The notes beneath the pieces were generated by a model that ran no database searches, was not told the DNA's origin, and saw only the letters and a program-made list of their open reading frames with translations. Below are positions 12,721-27,305 of a DNA stretch of 64,000 bases, in pieces. Origin of the DNA: Octopus sinensis (Eukaryota). Numbering within the stretch: position 1 is the first letter of the stretch; the number at the start of each line of letters is the position of its first letter. Position numbers and translations under genes: made by a program. The stretch lies in contig NW_021824836.1 of the NCBI RefSeq assembly GCF_006345805.1, positions 1-64,000 on the forward strand, read 5' to 3'.

Positions 12721-14248
12721 TTATGAATAAAAATAACTCATTGAAACTTATCATTTACCACTCTGTTTATGTATGAGAATGTTTTGGCTAAGATATTTCA
12801 CTGAAATGTTACGTTAATACTGTGGATATAATTGTTAGGCAAACCAATCCTTCTAACATTCATCTGCCATAGTTGTTACTTAGTATACACTCACAAATTC
12901 ACAAATGTGAAAGCCTTTATGTGGCTACGCAATTGCTAGAAATAGCAACTAAATCTTCTTTATCTGCTATCTAGCCAGAATGATACATAACGGTGAAAAT
13001 AGTACCTTGCCTTAGAATGATGTTTATGGAGAACTCATGTTAGAAAATGTAAATATTGTTCAATGTATGTATATTCTATCTAAAAAAATGTTTAATATTT
13101 TTGAAAATGAAGTCTTTACTTAGTATTAAAAAATTTTTAAGAGTTCATTGTGGAAAACAACATAATAGAATACCTTTGAAAATGGAGTCTTTAGTTTATA
13201 TTAAAAGGTAATTTAAAAGCTCACTGAGGAAAACAGCCATATAATATATTTTCCAAAATGAAGTCTTTAGTTAATTTCAAAAGGTTAATGAGTTCACGGA
13301 GCAAAACAACCTAAATTTCTATCATTTACCCGATTATAAAGCGCCTAATATAACATCTAATCTGTTTCTTTTTAAATGAAAATGATAATAACTTTTTTAA
13401 TTCTTTTTCAGATTTTTCCCATTTAAACTGATTATATCATTAAAAGTCGTATTTTAAATCCGCAAATAATTTCAGTTAAAATTTTGACCTTTTGCCATTG
13501 ACAAAGCGAATAGTATCGAACTAGTGCTCCTAATGTGTAAGAATTGAGACACAAGAAAGTCTGCCTAGCATCTCTAAACGGAGAAAGCTTTACCCCGGCC
13601 ACAGACGTCGGAAAGCAATCGGTTGTGCTAATACAAAAGGCTTTGAAAGGAAAAAATAAAGATAACCGGAAAGGAGGAAAATGGCTCGGTTAAAAGGTTA
13701 TTGAACATGTTAAACATATAACTCAATACAACTGGAACATTTGCTTGATAAGGGACAGAAACGGATAGTGTACCATATAAAAGAGGATGGGTCTGTTTGA
13801 ACAAAGCAAATTAAAATTTTTTTCGCTGCTTTCGTGGATTTCCATGACTCTGTCGCCATCCAATTCCATTATTATGAATTCGAATTGGGAGTTTGAGTCA
13901 CAGTGAATCTTTCATTAGCTGAATACACAATCATGGATTCCACCCCTATGGATGCGTTGCAGTTACTCTCTTAAGAGCTTGGTGATCCTGACCGTTGATC
14001 TAGGATTTCTTCGCTCAGCGTCAATGGAAGAAGCAACGTTGGCTCATTTGAGTTCTTCCGCTATCTCTTCACGATCAGCCATACTGCAGTCCCATGACTT
14101 CGCTGCATTTCTGGCAGGGTGGCTGAACGGAAGACATATCTTACCAAAGGGCAGCCGTAACTATGCAGTTGGTGTTAAACAGTGGCGTGCGAGACTTGTG
14201 GACCGCACCGGACGGCCACTTACATGCGTTTACTGTAGTCAAAGATAT

Positions 14249-15370
14249 TGTTGTGAGTTCAACTTAAGGACAGTTGGTTGCGACCTACTTTGGCATAAAC
14301 CGATTGTTCTGTCGGATTCACGAAGGAGTAATGAGCTTTTAGGGGACATTTGGCCTTGTGCCGGTCAGGGAAAGTTCGTTGTAAACACCCCTTAAAAGGG
14401 AGGAACTTTGAGCTGTAAACACAGTCGGCCGGAAGTCGAGGACAGAGCAAGTTGTTTCTGCTGTGAGAGATGAAAAGGCAGTTGAGAGTTCCAGCCGAGA
14501 GATTGGGGTAGTAACATGCCAGAAGGAAGCACAGAGAAAGACAGACACACAGTCATGAGAGATAGTGACAGGACAGTGTTGAGAACGACAGGAGACAGTG
14601 AGGGGATGAGGGGCTGAGGAAGACATACACAGAGGATTAAGCAGCTAATAGAGATGGACTACAGTGTGAGGCATTGGCTGTTGTACGGTATATGTTTAAT
14701 TGTGTTGATATGTGAATTATATAAAGAGACTATAACGAACTGTTACAGAAGTGAGTAAAGGACTTGTTGATGTGTTAATGAATTAATGTGAAAAGAAATG
14801 AGACAGTAAAAAGACATTTTGAATTAAGGAAAGAAAAAAAAGTGTTGTTGAATTGTATTGATACGTGTTACAAAAAAAAGAAGGAAAAAGACAAGAAAAG
14901 AACTATGAACTGTATCGTTAATGTGTACGTTAATTGAACATTGATTTGTAACGTGAACTTATTTGTCTATGAACATTGTATAATGCATTGATGGTTTGAG
15001 TCGACGTGTATATTGTATCTGCATATTTAAATGCTTTGATCTGTTGTATACCTGTTTCTTGATTTGTTGTTTTCTTTAAATGCTGTTGTTATATTGCATC
15101 TGCATGCTGTTGATTCTGTTGCTTGTACTTACCTTGATTTACCTGATGTATCACATTGTATTTGTTGTAATAGTCATATAAACTAGTAGGTTAAATGTAA
15201 GCCGATTGCCTCTGTGTCTCTTCCTGATGCTGTTGTTGTTGTTGTTGTGTCTCTCCTCTCAGGGTTCCGTGCCGAACATCACCGATCGATCGAGCCTGGT
15301 CAATCGTCGTCGCTCGACTTGTTGGGATCCCGGGTTCGAGTTTGAGCGACGGCAGGTGGGATTCCTAACA
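14249..15370. mobile_element. Solo LTR (Gypsy-like), ~1.12 kb
   Basis: Starts TGTT, ends AACA, flanked by 4-bp direct repeat ATAT (14245-48, 15371-74). Confidence 0.6.
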
Positions 15371-15639
15371 ATATGTTACATTTAGGAAGAGGATGTTAAA
15401 ATGCTGTGTCACTGGGGTTGAAATACAGCGTCCACAGGAAAGAACCACTTAACTTTCTCCAGACTTACTTTCACTTTCCGTCTTGTCACTCATATAGTAT
15501 CAACCACATCCCATCCCGGGTCCCGCACTAACCAATTATTCAATCTTGCTTCATCTGAGCCACGGCTCTTTGGAATTCTATACGTACATACATACATACA
15601 TACATACATACATACATACATACATACATACATACATAC

Positions 15640-15751
15640 ACGTGAGATGAAGTGTTTGCTCAAGAACAGAACCCATCACCCGGCCAAGGAATTGAAACCA
15701 CGATATCGTGATGGTGAGTTCAACACTCTAACCACTAGGTCATGCGCCCCC

Positions 15752-15752
<1 letters not shown>
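15640..15752 (-). mobile_element. CORE-SINE head fragment
   Basis: GTGTTTGCTCAAGAAC, GGAATTGAAACC, CTAACCACTAGG on plus strand. Confidence 0.7.
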
Positions 15753-15822
<70 letters not shown>

Positions 15823-15841
15823 TATATATATATATATAAAT

Positions 15842-16082
15842 AATTGCAGCGTGGAAGGTGTTTATAAGCCATTTAAGAAGCAGACAAAAACCGTTAGATT
15901 CATTTCAACATTTAAATTTAATTTGTTCACTGCTGAGATGCAGCACGGATTTTTGTCAGTGAACAGGTCGCGGTCTCAAAGCGACGAAAATATTTTGACA
16001 ATTTAAATTTAAATGTTGAAGTGAATCTAATGAATTTTGTGTGTTTCTTAAATGGCTTATAAACACCTTCCGCGCTGCAATT
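15842..16082. mobile_element. MITE with ~80-bp terminal inverted repeats
   Basis: AATTGCAGCGTGGAAGGTGTTTATAAGCCATTTAAGAA... is mirrored at 15997-16082. Confidence 0.85.
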
Positions 16083-16142
16083 GTTTTCGTTCCAGCACAC
16101 GATCTCAGATCAGGTCACTTGCTATGCAAGTACATCTCCGTA

Positions 16143-16215
<73 letters not shown>

Positions 16216-17162
16216 TATATATACACACATACATATATATGTATGTGTATATATAAATATACACATAGATACATACATACATACATACATACATACATAC
16301 ATACATACATTCATACATATACATACATACGCATACACACGCACATACACACACACACATATAGATATATGTATGTCATTATTCAGTTTTATTTCAAAAT
16401 GTCTTGTCAATAGAGAAAGAGCCGGTTTCTAACTTAGATCCAAGCTCCTGCGTTGGAATTTCAACATCAACAACAGGTATTTTTGTATGTATGTATGTAT
16501 GTATGTATGTATGTATGTATGTATGTATGTATGTATGTACGCATGTATGTATTATGTATGAATGTATGTTATGTATGTACGTATGTATATATGTACACGA
16601 CAGGTTTTCACTCAGTTTCTGTCTACCAAATTCACTTTAAAAAGAACCCCACAGCCTCTATCCAACATAAGCCTATCAATGCAAACCTATATAGAACAGC
16701 CAGTTATATGAACGTAAGCTGTCTATTGGTGAGAGATATCGGATAAGAAGTGTTATTGGCACAGTTAGCGTATTGCACTGGCTAAACGAAACAACTTATA
16801 AGTTAGATAAAAAAAAAAAAAAACCCTATTATAAAAGCACTCTTTATACTCATAAATATGTCTTGCCACAACTGCAAAGCATTGATAAACATTTTACATT
16901 CCTTTATGTATTTCAAATGAAATAGAGTTTCAATTTGGAGATTGTAGTAAATAAAATAACTGCCCGTGGCTGATGTTTAGAAAGTATTTGACAAGTAATA
17001 TCGTTCGGGTTATGTTTAGAAAATAACTAATGAGTGGAGCAAGTGAAAGTTAAATTGTGACAGAAGGTTTTAATTGAAATATGAAAAACTTGAAAAAAAA
17101 GTGTCTGTGTGTGTCTGTGTCTGTGTGTGTCTGTGTTCCCCCCTTCGCCATCGCCTGACAAC

Positions 17163-17384
17163 CTATTTCTGTATTACCCACAAGGGGCTAAACATAGAGG
17201 GGACAAACAAGGACAGACATAGGTATTAAGTCGATTACATCGACCCCAGTGCGTAACTGGTACTTAATTTATCGACCCCGGAAGGATGAAAGGCAAAGTC
17301 GACCTCGGCGGAATTTGAACTCAGAACGTAACGGCAGACGAAATACGGCTAAGCATTTCGCCCGGCGTGCTAACGTTTCTGCCA
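17163..17384 (-). mobile_element. SINE family D nested in a family C tail
   Basis: TSD GACAAC on both sides; host family C sequence (17095-17560) resumes across it. Confidence 0.85.
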
Positions 17385-17567
17385 GACAACCGATGCTAGT
17401 GTGTTCATGTCCCCGTAACTTAACGGTTTGGTAAAAGAAACCGATAGAATAAGTACTAGGCTTACAAAGAATAATTCCTGGGGTCGATTTCTTCGACCAA
17501 AACCCTTTAGGGCGGTGCTCCAGCATGGCCGCAGTCAAACGACTGAAAAAAAAGAATAAAAAATATA

Positions 17568-17741
17568 GGCGCAGGCGTGCCTGCATGGTAAGAAGCTTAC
17601 TTCCCGACCACATGGTTCATGGTTCAGTCCCACTGCGTGGCACCTTGGACAAGTGTCTTCTACTATAGCCACGGGCCGACTAAAGCGTTGTGAGTTGATT
17701 TGATAGGCAGAAACTGAAAGAAGCCCCTCGTGTATATGTGT

Positions 17742-17811
<70 letters not shown>

Positions 17812-18018
17812 TGTGTGTGTGTATCTATGTGTGTATATCTTTTTATCTGTGTTTGTTCCCCATCACCACTTGACAACCGGTGTTGTCCCCGTAACTTAGC
17901 GGTTCGGCAAAAGAGCACGATAGAATATGTACCAGGCTTTAAAAAAAGTCCTGGGGTCAGTTCATTCGACAAAAAAAAATCAAGGCGGTGCCCCAGCATG
18001 GCCGCAGTCTAATGGCTA
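17568..18018 (+). mobile_element. SINE family C
   Basis: Head GGCGCAGG...GGTTCAGTCCC, CORE CCTTGGACAAGTGTCTT, internal (GT)n, conserved tail. Confidence 0.88.
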
Positions 18019-18537
18019 AGAATCACAGAACAAGCGATAATCTCAAGCAAGTTGGAATCAAATAGATGTTAAAGAACAATTTCCCGCTAGCCGTAGTTTA
18101 TTGGTCTTTATATAATGAAGATCTTAAGCATAAGCGGGCAGAAAGTCAATTATGGCTGCTTTGACTGTTTGAACGCGTACATAACACTGGCTCTATTTCC
18201 AGCTACAAACTGGTAGAAAATCTCATTTGTGACGAGTGTTGGCTATTATCGGACAAGCAACAGCGAACAGCCGATTGATAGTAATTCTCTCGGCTGGTTG
18301 TTGTATCTGCTACTAAACTGGCTGCGTGCATTAAGGCAGTAGAACATGCGTTTTTAGTATCCGTTAAGAAATCCAATCCTTTAACAGGCCTTTTAGAATT
18401 AACATCATCGTCCACAGACCGGGAAAGGAGTAACACAATATGCATAAGAACGTGTGTGTGTGTGTGCGCGCGCGCGGATGTGTATGTAAAACATGTATGA
18501 TCGTATGTGTGCATGCGTGTGCGTGTGTTTGTGTGTT

Positions 18538-18935
18538 GACTGTGTGGTAAGTAGCCTGCTAACCAACCACATGGTTCCGGGTTCAGTCCCACTGCGTGGC
18601 ATCTTGGGCAAGTGTCTTCTGCTATAGCCCCGGGCCGACCAATGCCTTGTGAGTGGATTTGGTAGACGGAAACTGAAAGAAGCCTGTCGTATATATATAT
18701 ATGTGTGTGTGTTGTGTGTGTGTGTTTGTGTGTCTGTGTTTGTCCCCCTTGCATTGCTTGACAACCGATGCTGGTGTGTTTACGTCCCCATCACTTAGCG
18801 GTTCGGCAAAAGAGACCGATAGGATAAGTACTGGGCTTACAAAGAATAAGTCTCGGGTCGATTTTGCTCGATTAAAGGCGGTGCTCCAGCATGGCCGCAG
18901 TCAAATGACTGAAACAAGTAAAAGAGTAAAAGAGA
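18538..18935 (+). mobile_element. SINE family C
   Basis: Near identical to 19702-20100. Confidence 0.9.
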
Positions 18936-19084
18936 GATATATATATATATGAAAATTATGCGGGCATGCATTGGTATGTAGATGTGTCCCAGGGGCAGCC
19001 GTCGGCTTTGACTGTAAAACCATTGTAAGAGTAGTTGTAGAATAAATAAACGGAGACGGGTCCTAAGTCTGCGACGCATCTGCT

Positions 19085-19690
19085 CACTTCGGAGAGTATG
19101 ATGTCCTCCAGTTTATCAATATGTTTACATTTGTTGGAAATTTCGGATCTGTTATTAAGCAGTATGGTGGGATCCTTATATCTAAAAGGATATGCAATCA
19201 TTCAGCTACGCATAAGTTGCATCTCTTAGATCCATTATCATATGCCATGGATTTTTCTACGATTTTCCACCTGACTGCCTGTGGTGTGGGGTTGGTCTTC
19301 AAACCCCATTCGTGGCTAGCCAACTTAGTGGTTTTACTTTTGACGATGGCTGACCACGGATGGGGGTTTGAAGACTTAATAATCCTATAAATAATACAGC
19401 AAATATTCATGTCCATATGTCTCTAAATTGTGTAATTGTCCAAATAATATTCTCTACCCTCTTAATCATTTATGCCTCACTTAGATATTATCTATAGATG
19501 TGTTGTCAAAACTAATCTAACCACGTTTACCTACACCTGTTCAATTGCTTGCGAATATAAGCAATTTTATAATTTTAATATATGTGATAAAGCTAAGGGT
19601 ACGTCACACGCGGAAAAAAAGTTGGGTATTAAAAGACTTAGGGTAAAATGCTCATACTACATTAGAAACACATTCCTATACTTCAAGCAT
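19085..19690 (-). pseudogene. Penelope-like element GIY-YIG endonuclease remnant
   Basis: Translations CIIYR..., KLASHEWGLK...WKIVEKSMAYDNGSKRCNLCVAE and LLNNRSEISNKCKH match the PLE GIY-YIG C-terminal pattern; frameshifted. Confidence 0.7.
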
Positions 19691-19701
19691 GTTATCTAAT
19701 A

Positions 19702-20100
19702 AGTGGCTGTGTGGTAAGTAGCTTGCTAACCAACAACATGGTTCCGGGTTCAGTCCCACTGCGTGGCATCTTGGGCAAGTGTCTGCTGCTATAGCCCCGG
19801 GCCGACCAATGCCTTGTGAGTGGATTTGGTAGACGGAAACTGAAAGAAGCCTGTCGTATATATGTATATATATTTGTGTGTGTATATGTTTGTGTGTCTG
19901 TGTTTGTCCCCCTAGCATTGCTTGACAACCGATGCTGGTGTGTTTACGTCCCCGTCACTTAGCGGTTCGGCAAAAGAGAACGATAGAATAAGTACTGAGC
20001 TTACAAAGAATAAGTCCCGGGGTCGATTTGCTCGACTAAAGGCGGTGCTCCAGCATGGCCTCAGTCAAATGACTGAAACAAGTAAAAGAGTAAAAGAGAG
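19702..20100 (+). mobile_element. SINE family C
   Basis: Full head-CORE-microsatellite-tail structure. Confidence 0.9.
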
Positions 20101-20355
20101 AGAGTATGTCTCTAACCTCTAAGCATTTAACCTATGCTTTGTAACTTAGAAATTCATACCAGCTTTGTTAGTCTCCTACCTCCAGCACCCGCCCTTTCTC
20201 CGTCTATCAAGCGCTTTCATTGTGTCGTTTACCACCCGGTTTATGTATCCTTATTATATCAGCTTGCAACTTTATGTCCATAGATTTGTGAAATATCTGA
20301 TAGTCCGGTGTATGACTTCCAAATTCCTTCGTCGTTATCTGTCTATTTATTATGA

Positions 20356-20738
20356 GGAGGCGCAATGGCCCAGTGGTTAGGGCAGCGGACTCGCGGTCGT
20401 AGGATCGCAGTTTCGATTCCCAGACCGGGCGTTGTGTGTGTTTATTGAGCGAAAACACCTAAAAGCTCCACGAGGCTCCGGCAGGGGATGGTGGTGATCC
20501 CTGCTGTACTCTTTCACCACAACTTTCTCTCACTCTTACTTCCTGTTTCTGTTGTACCTGTATTTCAAGGGCCAGCCTTGTCACTCTCTGTGTCACGCTG
20601 AATATCCCCGAGAACTACGTTAAGGGTGCACGTGTCTGTGGAGTGCTCAGCCACTTACACGTTAATTTCACGAGCAGGCTGTTCCGTTGATTCGGATCAA
20701 CCGGAACTCTCGTCGTCTTAACCGACGGAGTGCTTCCA
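20356..20738 (+). mobile_element. SINE family A, full length
   Basis: Near identical to 2195-2576. Confidence 0.92.
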
Positions 20739-21459
20739 TAACGATACTCTAATTTAGATAAGTAAATTTAAATAGTTTTGATCTCTCAGCTCCTTTATCC
20801 GTTTTAGCCACACCTTCTAATTCTCTATATATTCGAACATTAGGTTTTAATAAACTACTGTCCCAACTGACGTTGGATTGATGTAAGATATCTTACGTCT
20901 TTAAAATTTTATCTGAAGATAGTGGATGTATGTTATGAATGCATTAATAAGATTCTACCGAAACAGCTGTCGTAAATTTTAAACGGGGATATAGTAGGAT
21001 ACACTTGCCCAAGGAGCCAAACCGTGCGAGTGAACCCAGAACCCTGCGGTTGGGAAGTAAACTTCTTTATTTCAATGAATTTGCCACACACAGCCATTCC
21101 TGCGCTTACATATACATACATACATACATACATACATACATACATACATACATACATACATACGTACATACATACATATAAAATCGCTGACGTGGCCGAT
21201 GACCGTACCGCCTGATTGGCACTCGTGCCAGTGGAACGTTAAAGTCACATCCGGGCGTGATCGTTGCCAGGGCCAAGGATTGGCTCCCGTGTCGGTGGCA
21301 CGTGAAAAGGACCATTCGAGCGTAATCGTTGCCAACGTCGCTTTACCGGCACATATCTCAAACATGCATATATATATATATGTACGTACGTACATATGTA
21401 TGTATGTATGTATGTATGTATATGTATGTATGTATGTATGTGTATGTATGTATGTATGT

Positions 21460-21499
<40 letters not shown>

Positions 21500-21689
21500 A
21501 TGTATGTATGTATGTATGTATGTATGTATGTTGTATGTATGTGTGCATTGTGAAATAAACTCGTTCGTTTCTTTCCTGTGTTATTTGAATCAATATTTTA
21601 TTGTAATATTTTTATGAGATTTTTTTTGTGGCTCTATTCTTCTTCATCCACAACTTTTGTTTATCATTTTGGAATTTTGTATAAATTTT

Positions 21690-23035
21690 ACCTCTTTCAG
21701 ACGTATGTTGATAGAGTGCCAAGTAGATAAGGTAAATGAGCATTTTCGCTACCTGCTTCTCTTCGATTTCAATCAAGGTTCCATATCTTCCAAAGTCTCT
21801 CGGGACATCTGTACTGTGTATAGAGAAGGCGCTTGTTACTGAAAAAACTACACAAACATGGTCTTCGCGCTTCAAGGAGGAGAAATTCGGCCTCACAAAC
21901 TATCGCATTCCGGCCGATTTGTTCAGTTTAATGAAGATCGATTGAACGAGTTTATCCGCAATGATTCGCACTGATCCACTTGCGAATTGGCCCAACAGTG
22001 GAATACTTTCATGAAGCTGTTGCCCCTCATCTTCACTCGGTCCAAAAAATCGGTGTATGGGTGATACCAGTAACATTGCCAGGTTCTAAAAGTTAGGAGG
22101 AGCGGGCACATAAAAAAGGTGTCGTGAACACATACCAAACAATTTTGAACTCATTTCTCCTATATTACATGAAATAATTCGTTAGTTATATTATACGTAA
22201 TTGTATTTTATATTCATTGATTTCATGTTTCAATAACAACGTTATTATGTATGAAACTAAGAACTACTGATATAGTTAACGAAAGAGTTTTTTTTAAATG
22301 TTGGAAAGGCATTGATTTTGAAAATTGTGTTTGCGGGAAGCAGTCGCTCCCCTTACTTCCCTATTAGCTATGCTACTGGGTTCCTCATGTTCTAAGCAAA
22401 AGAGACAAGTTCTAGCGCTTCTCTATCGCTGCTTGTTTGTTTGCTCGACACCTGGCTACTCGTAGACGCAAAATTTCTTTAACGTATTGTCCCCAGCTAT
22501 GAAAAATGATGATTTACGTCAGTGTGAAGTAGAAAAAAGAATGGCTGAGACCCGACAAGTAAGCAACACCTCGAACCAAGCCAGAGCTGCACCCACGCTA
22601 GACAATAATCTGTATTTGGTGGGATTGGAAAGGGCTAATTCTCTACGAAATGCTTGAAAACAACCACACGGTCAATGCAGAGCTTTACGTTCGGCAAATC
22701 CATCTGAAATGACTCTACCGGCGAAATGGCGTGCTTCTTCGACACGACAACGCTCGCAACCACATTGCTACTTTGACCAAAATCCCTTTTCGAGAGCTCG
22801 GTTGGGAAGTTCTATCGTACCCACAGATTTCTCCTGGTATAGCGCCTTCAGATTATCTTTTTTGATCGCTCTCCAACAGTCTGCGAGATGTTTTATTTAA
22901 GACCAACGTGGAGCTGACAACGTGGCTTGGTGATTTTCAACAAGTTAAGACTCGGTCAAGGCATTGACAAGCTAGAGGAACGTTAGCAAGGAGTCGTGAA
23001 CAATGAAGAATATTTTATTGAATGATTTGTTAAAA
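21690..23035 (+). pseudogene. Mariner (DD34D) transposase pseudogene
   Basis: EHFRYLLLFDFNQG N-terminus, WVPH, WWDWKG, HDNAR, LGWEVL..APSDY motifs; stops and frameshifts; ~300-bp insertion at 22067-22378. Confidence 0.88.
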
Positions 23036-23119
23036 TTATTAATGAAAAAATAAGGATTAAATAAGGATTAAATAAATAAGGATTAAATAAGGATTAAAGT
23101 AGATAGATAGGTTATTATA

Positions 23120-23262
23120 CAGACGATCTCCAGTGCTCGTCTATTGTCGATAGTTTGCTAGTTTGACACCAGGATACTCCTGATCACAAGCAAAAATTTC
23201 GTTACTGTATCGTCACCAGCGATGACAAATGGTGTCTTTACGTTAATACGAAGTCAGAAGAA
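23120..23262 (+). pseudogene. Second mariner fragment (first catalytic Asp region)
   Basis: HKQKFRYCIVTSDDKWCLYVN resembles IVTGDEKW. Confidence 0.7.
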
Positions 23263-23354
23263 AGAATTCAATGCTGTTTCCTCCAAAAGCGACATAGGCA
23301 CCATAATGTTACTTAGTAACTGGTACTGTAGAAAACCGGGTGAGAGAGAGGGGG

Positions 23355-25061
<1,707 letters not shown>

Positions 25062-25559
25062 CTTATACAGACACACTGCCATTCCAGTGATGCTGTTTTC
25101 TCCGAGAGAGACGTAACAATATCATGTTGCCTAGCAACAGTTGTACGCGGAAGAGATAGCAAGAGAAAGTCGAGAGGAGAGGCATTTAAGACAGAGAAAG
25201 TGAGAGAGACTGGGGGGAAGTGAGATGCCTGCGTCGATATAGTCATGACTACTTTGGGGATTATAAAAGATCTGATTTAATGACTATTGTTAGATGAAAA
25301 AATTAATTAAGAAATTAACGGAAGTGAAGGACTGACAGAATGAAAGAAAAGAAGAGGAAGGTGGGTGGGAGAGAGGGAGAGCAAGAGGCAGAGAGATAGG
25401 GGAGGGAGGGAGAGGGAGAAGGGTCGGACTAACAAAAAGATAGGAACGATTGAAAGAAAGAAAAGAAGAATGAAAGAGGAAGAAAGAACAATGAAAGAAA
25501 AATTCGAAAGAGAAAGAAAGAGAAATACTAAAAGAAAGAAATAAAGAAAGATTAAAGAG

Positions 25560-26690
25560 ATTAACTCTACAGGAATGGAAGCGCCGTCAGCCGGGCCTAC
25601 TCGAGATGCACGCAGAGCGATGAAACTGCTCTGCACGCACTCGTCCAGTGCTTGAGCATTACTGACTCGTGGATAAGGCGGCGAGCTGGCAGAGTCGTTA
25701 GCACGCCGGGCGAAATGCGTAGCCGTATTTCGTCTGCCGTTACGTACCGAGTTCAAATTCCGCCGAGGTCGACTTTGCCTCTCATCCTTTCGGGGTCGAT
25801 AAATTAAGTACCAGCTACGCACTGGAGTCGATATAATCGACTTAATCCGTTTGTCTGCCCTTGTTTGTCCTCTCTGTGTTTAGCCCCTTGTGGGTAGTAA
25901 AGAAATAGGTATTTCGTCTGCCGTTACGTTCTGTGTTCAAATTCCGCCAAGGTCGACTTTGCCTTTCATCCTTTCGGGGTCGATAAATTAAGTACTAGTT
26001 ACGCTATGGGGTCGATATAATCGACTTAATCCGTTTGTCTGTCCTTGTTTGTCCTCTCTGTGTTTAGCCCCTTGTGGGTAGTAAAGAAATAGGTATTTCG
26101 TCTGCCGTTATGTTCTGTGTTCAAATTCCGATTTCGGGGTCGATAAATTAAGTTCCAGTTACGCAATGGGGTCGATATAATCGACTTAATCCATCTGTCT
26201 GTCCTTGTTTGTCTCCTCTGTGTGTAGCCCCTTGTGGGCAGTAAAGAAATAGGTATTTCGCCCGTCTTTACGTTCTGAGTTCAAATTCCACCGAGGTCGA
26301 CTTTGCCTTTCATCCTTTCGGGGTCGATAAATTAAGTACCAGGGAAACACTGGAGTCAGTATAATCGACTAGTCCCCTCTTCCCCCAAAATTTTAGGCCT
26401 TGTGGCTTTAGTAGAAAGGATTACTGGCTCGTGGGTTTATCTCGAACATGTGCAGGACGGATCCGGCTATCGGTTGAGTCCAGAGTGAAGATCGTCACGT
26501 CGCCTTCTTTGGACCGGGAAGGACAGGCAGTGTTTATGTGTTTATTGGCCTTAGCGAAAGAGGTTGTGTGGTGGACTAGATTCAAAGAACTTTAAGTCAA
26601 ACACTTTCGTCTTTGGCCAAGCCCTCATCAGCTTTTTCAAGTTTCACTTGAAATGGAAAACGAAAATGGAAAGGAAAGTGCCTGTTAAGT
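25560..26690 (+). mobile_element. L1/Tx1-like LINE ORF2 3' remnant interrupted by a SINE-D array
   Basis: RC..SDETALHALVQC (CCHC knuckle) before the SINE; LLALAKEVVWWTR and ALISFFKFHLK after it. Confidence 0.6.
25677..26420 (+). mobile_element. SINE family D tetramer (three young units and one older-subfamily unit)
   Basis: One head, then repeats joined at AAAGAAATA|GGTATTTCG; outer TSD ATTACTG(A/G)CTCGTGG. Confidence 0.88.
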
Positions 26691-27305
26691 ACTGTGGCCT
26701 CTCCCCAAGTTTCTTGTCTTGTGCCTATGTTAGGAACATGTCACATCATCATCATCATCATCATCATTGGCGTCATCATCACCACCGTTTCAGCCGACGC
26801 AGCCGCTGCCACCGTAGCCACCACCACCACCCACCACCACCACCACCACCACCAAAACAACAGCAACAGCAGCAGCAACAACAGCCGTTGAAGAATTTGG
26901 ACCTGGAAATCTCCATCTCCAGCGACTTCGAGGGCCACCTCCCAGTGGTGTCGGGCGTCAACGAAGGGCCCTCGACTACAACAAGACGACCAAAGTTTTT
27001 TTCTTCCCCCTCCCAAGATCTGGGGTCTCCTGCCTCTAAGCCCTAGACCATCACCTAATCACCCTTACCCGTCTTGTTGCTTAACAACAATAACAACAAC
27101 AGCAGCAGTAGTAGCAGTAGTAGCAACAACAACAACAACAAGAACAGCCGGCAGAATCATCGAAATCGCTATCATTACTTACACAGCCATCATCAGACGG
27201 TTCTAACATCATATCCAAAGGAGAGAGTTTTATCTCTTACTTGCTATGGAAACTGCAGTTAAGTCCCGGCCAAAAGGATTCGTTATGAAACTAGAAATAG
27301 AATAA

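Noticed and set aside
13952-14395. 147-aa ORF
   Set aside because: Spans the LTR boundary; no recognisable motif
18203-18460. Protein-like minus-strand frame (SVDDDVNSKRPVKG...)
   Set aside because: No acceptor site at the right position and no recognisable homology
26564-27046. His/Pro/Gln-rich ORF resembling a transcription factor
   Set aside because: The 5' part is LINE remnant and the middle is trinucleotide repeat; the unique 3' part has no recognisable domain or convincing splice sites
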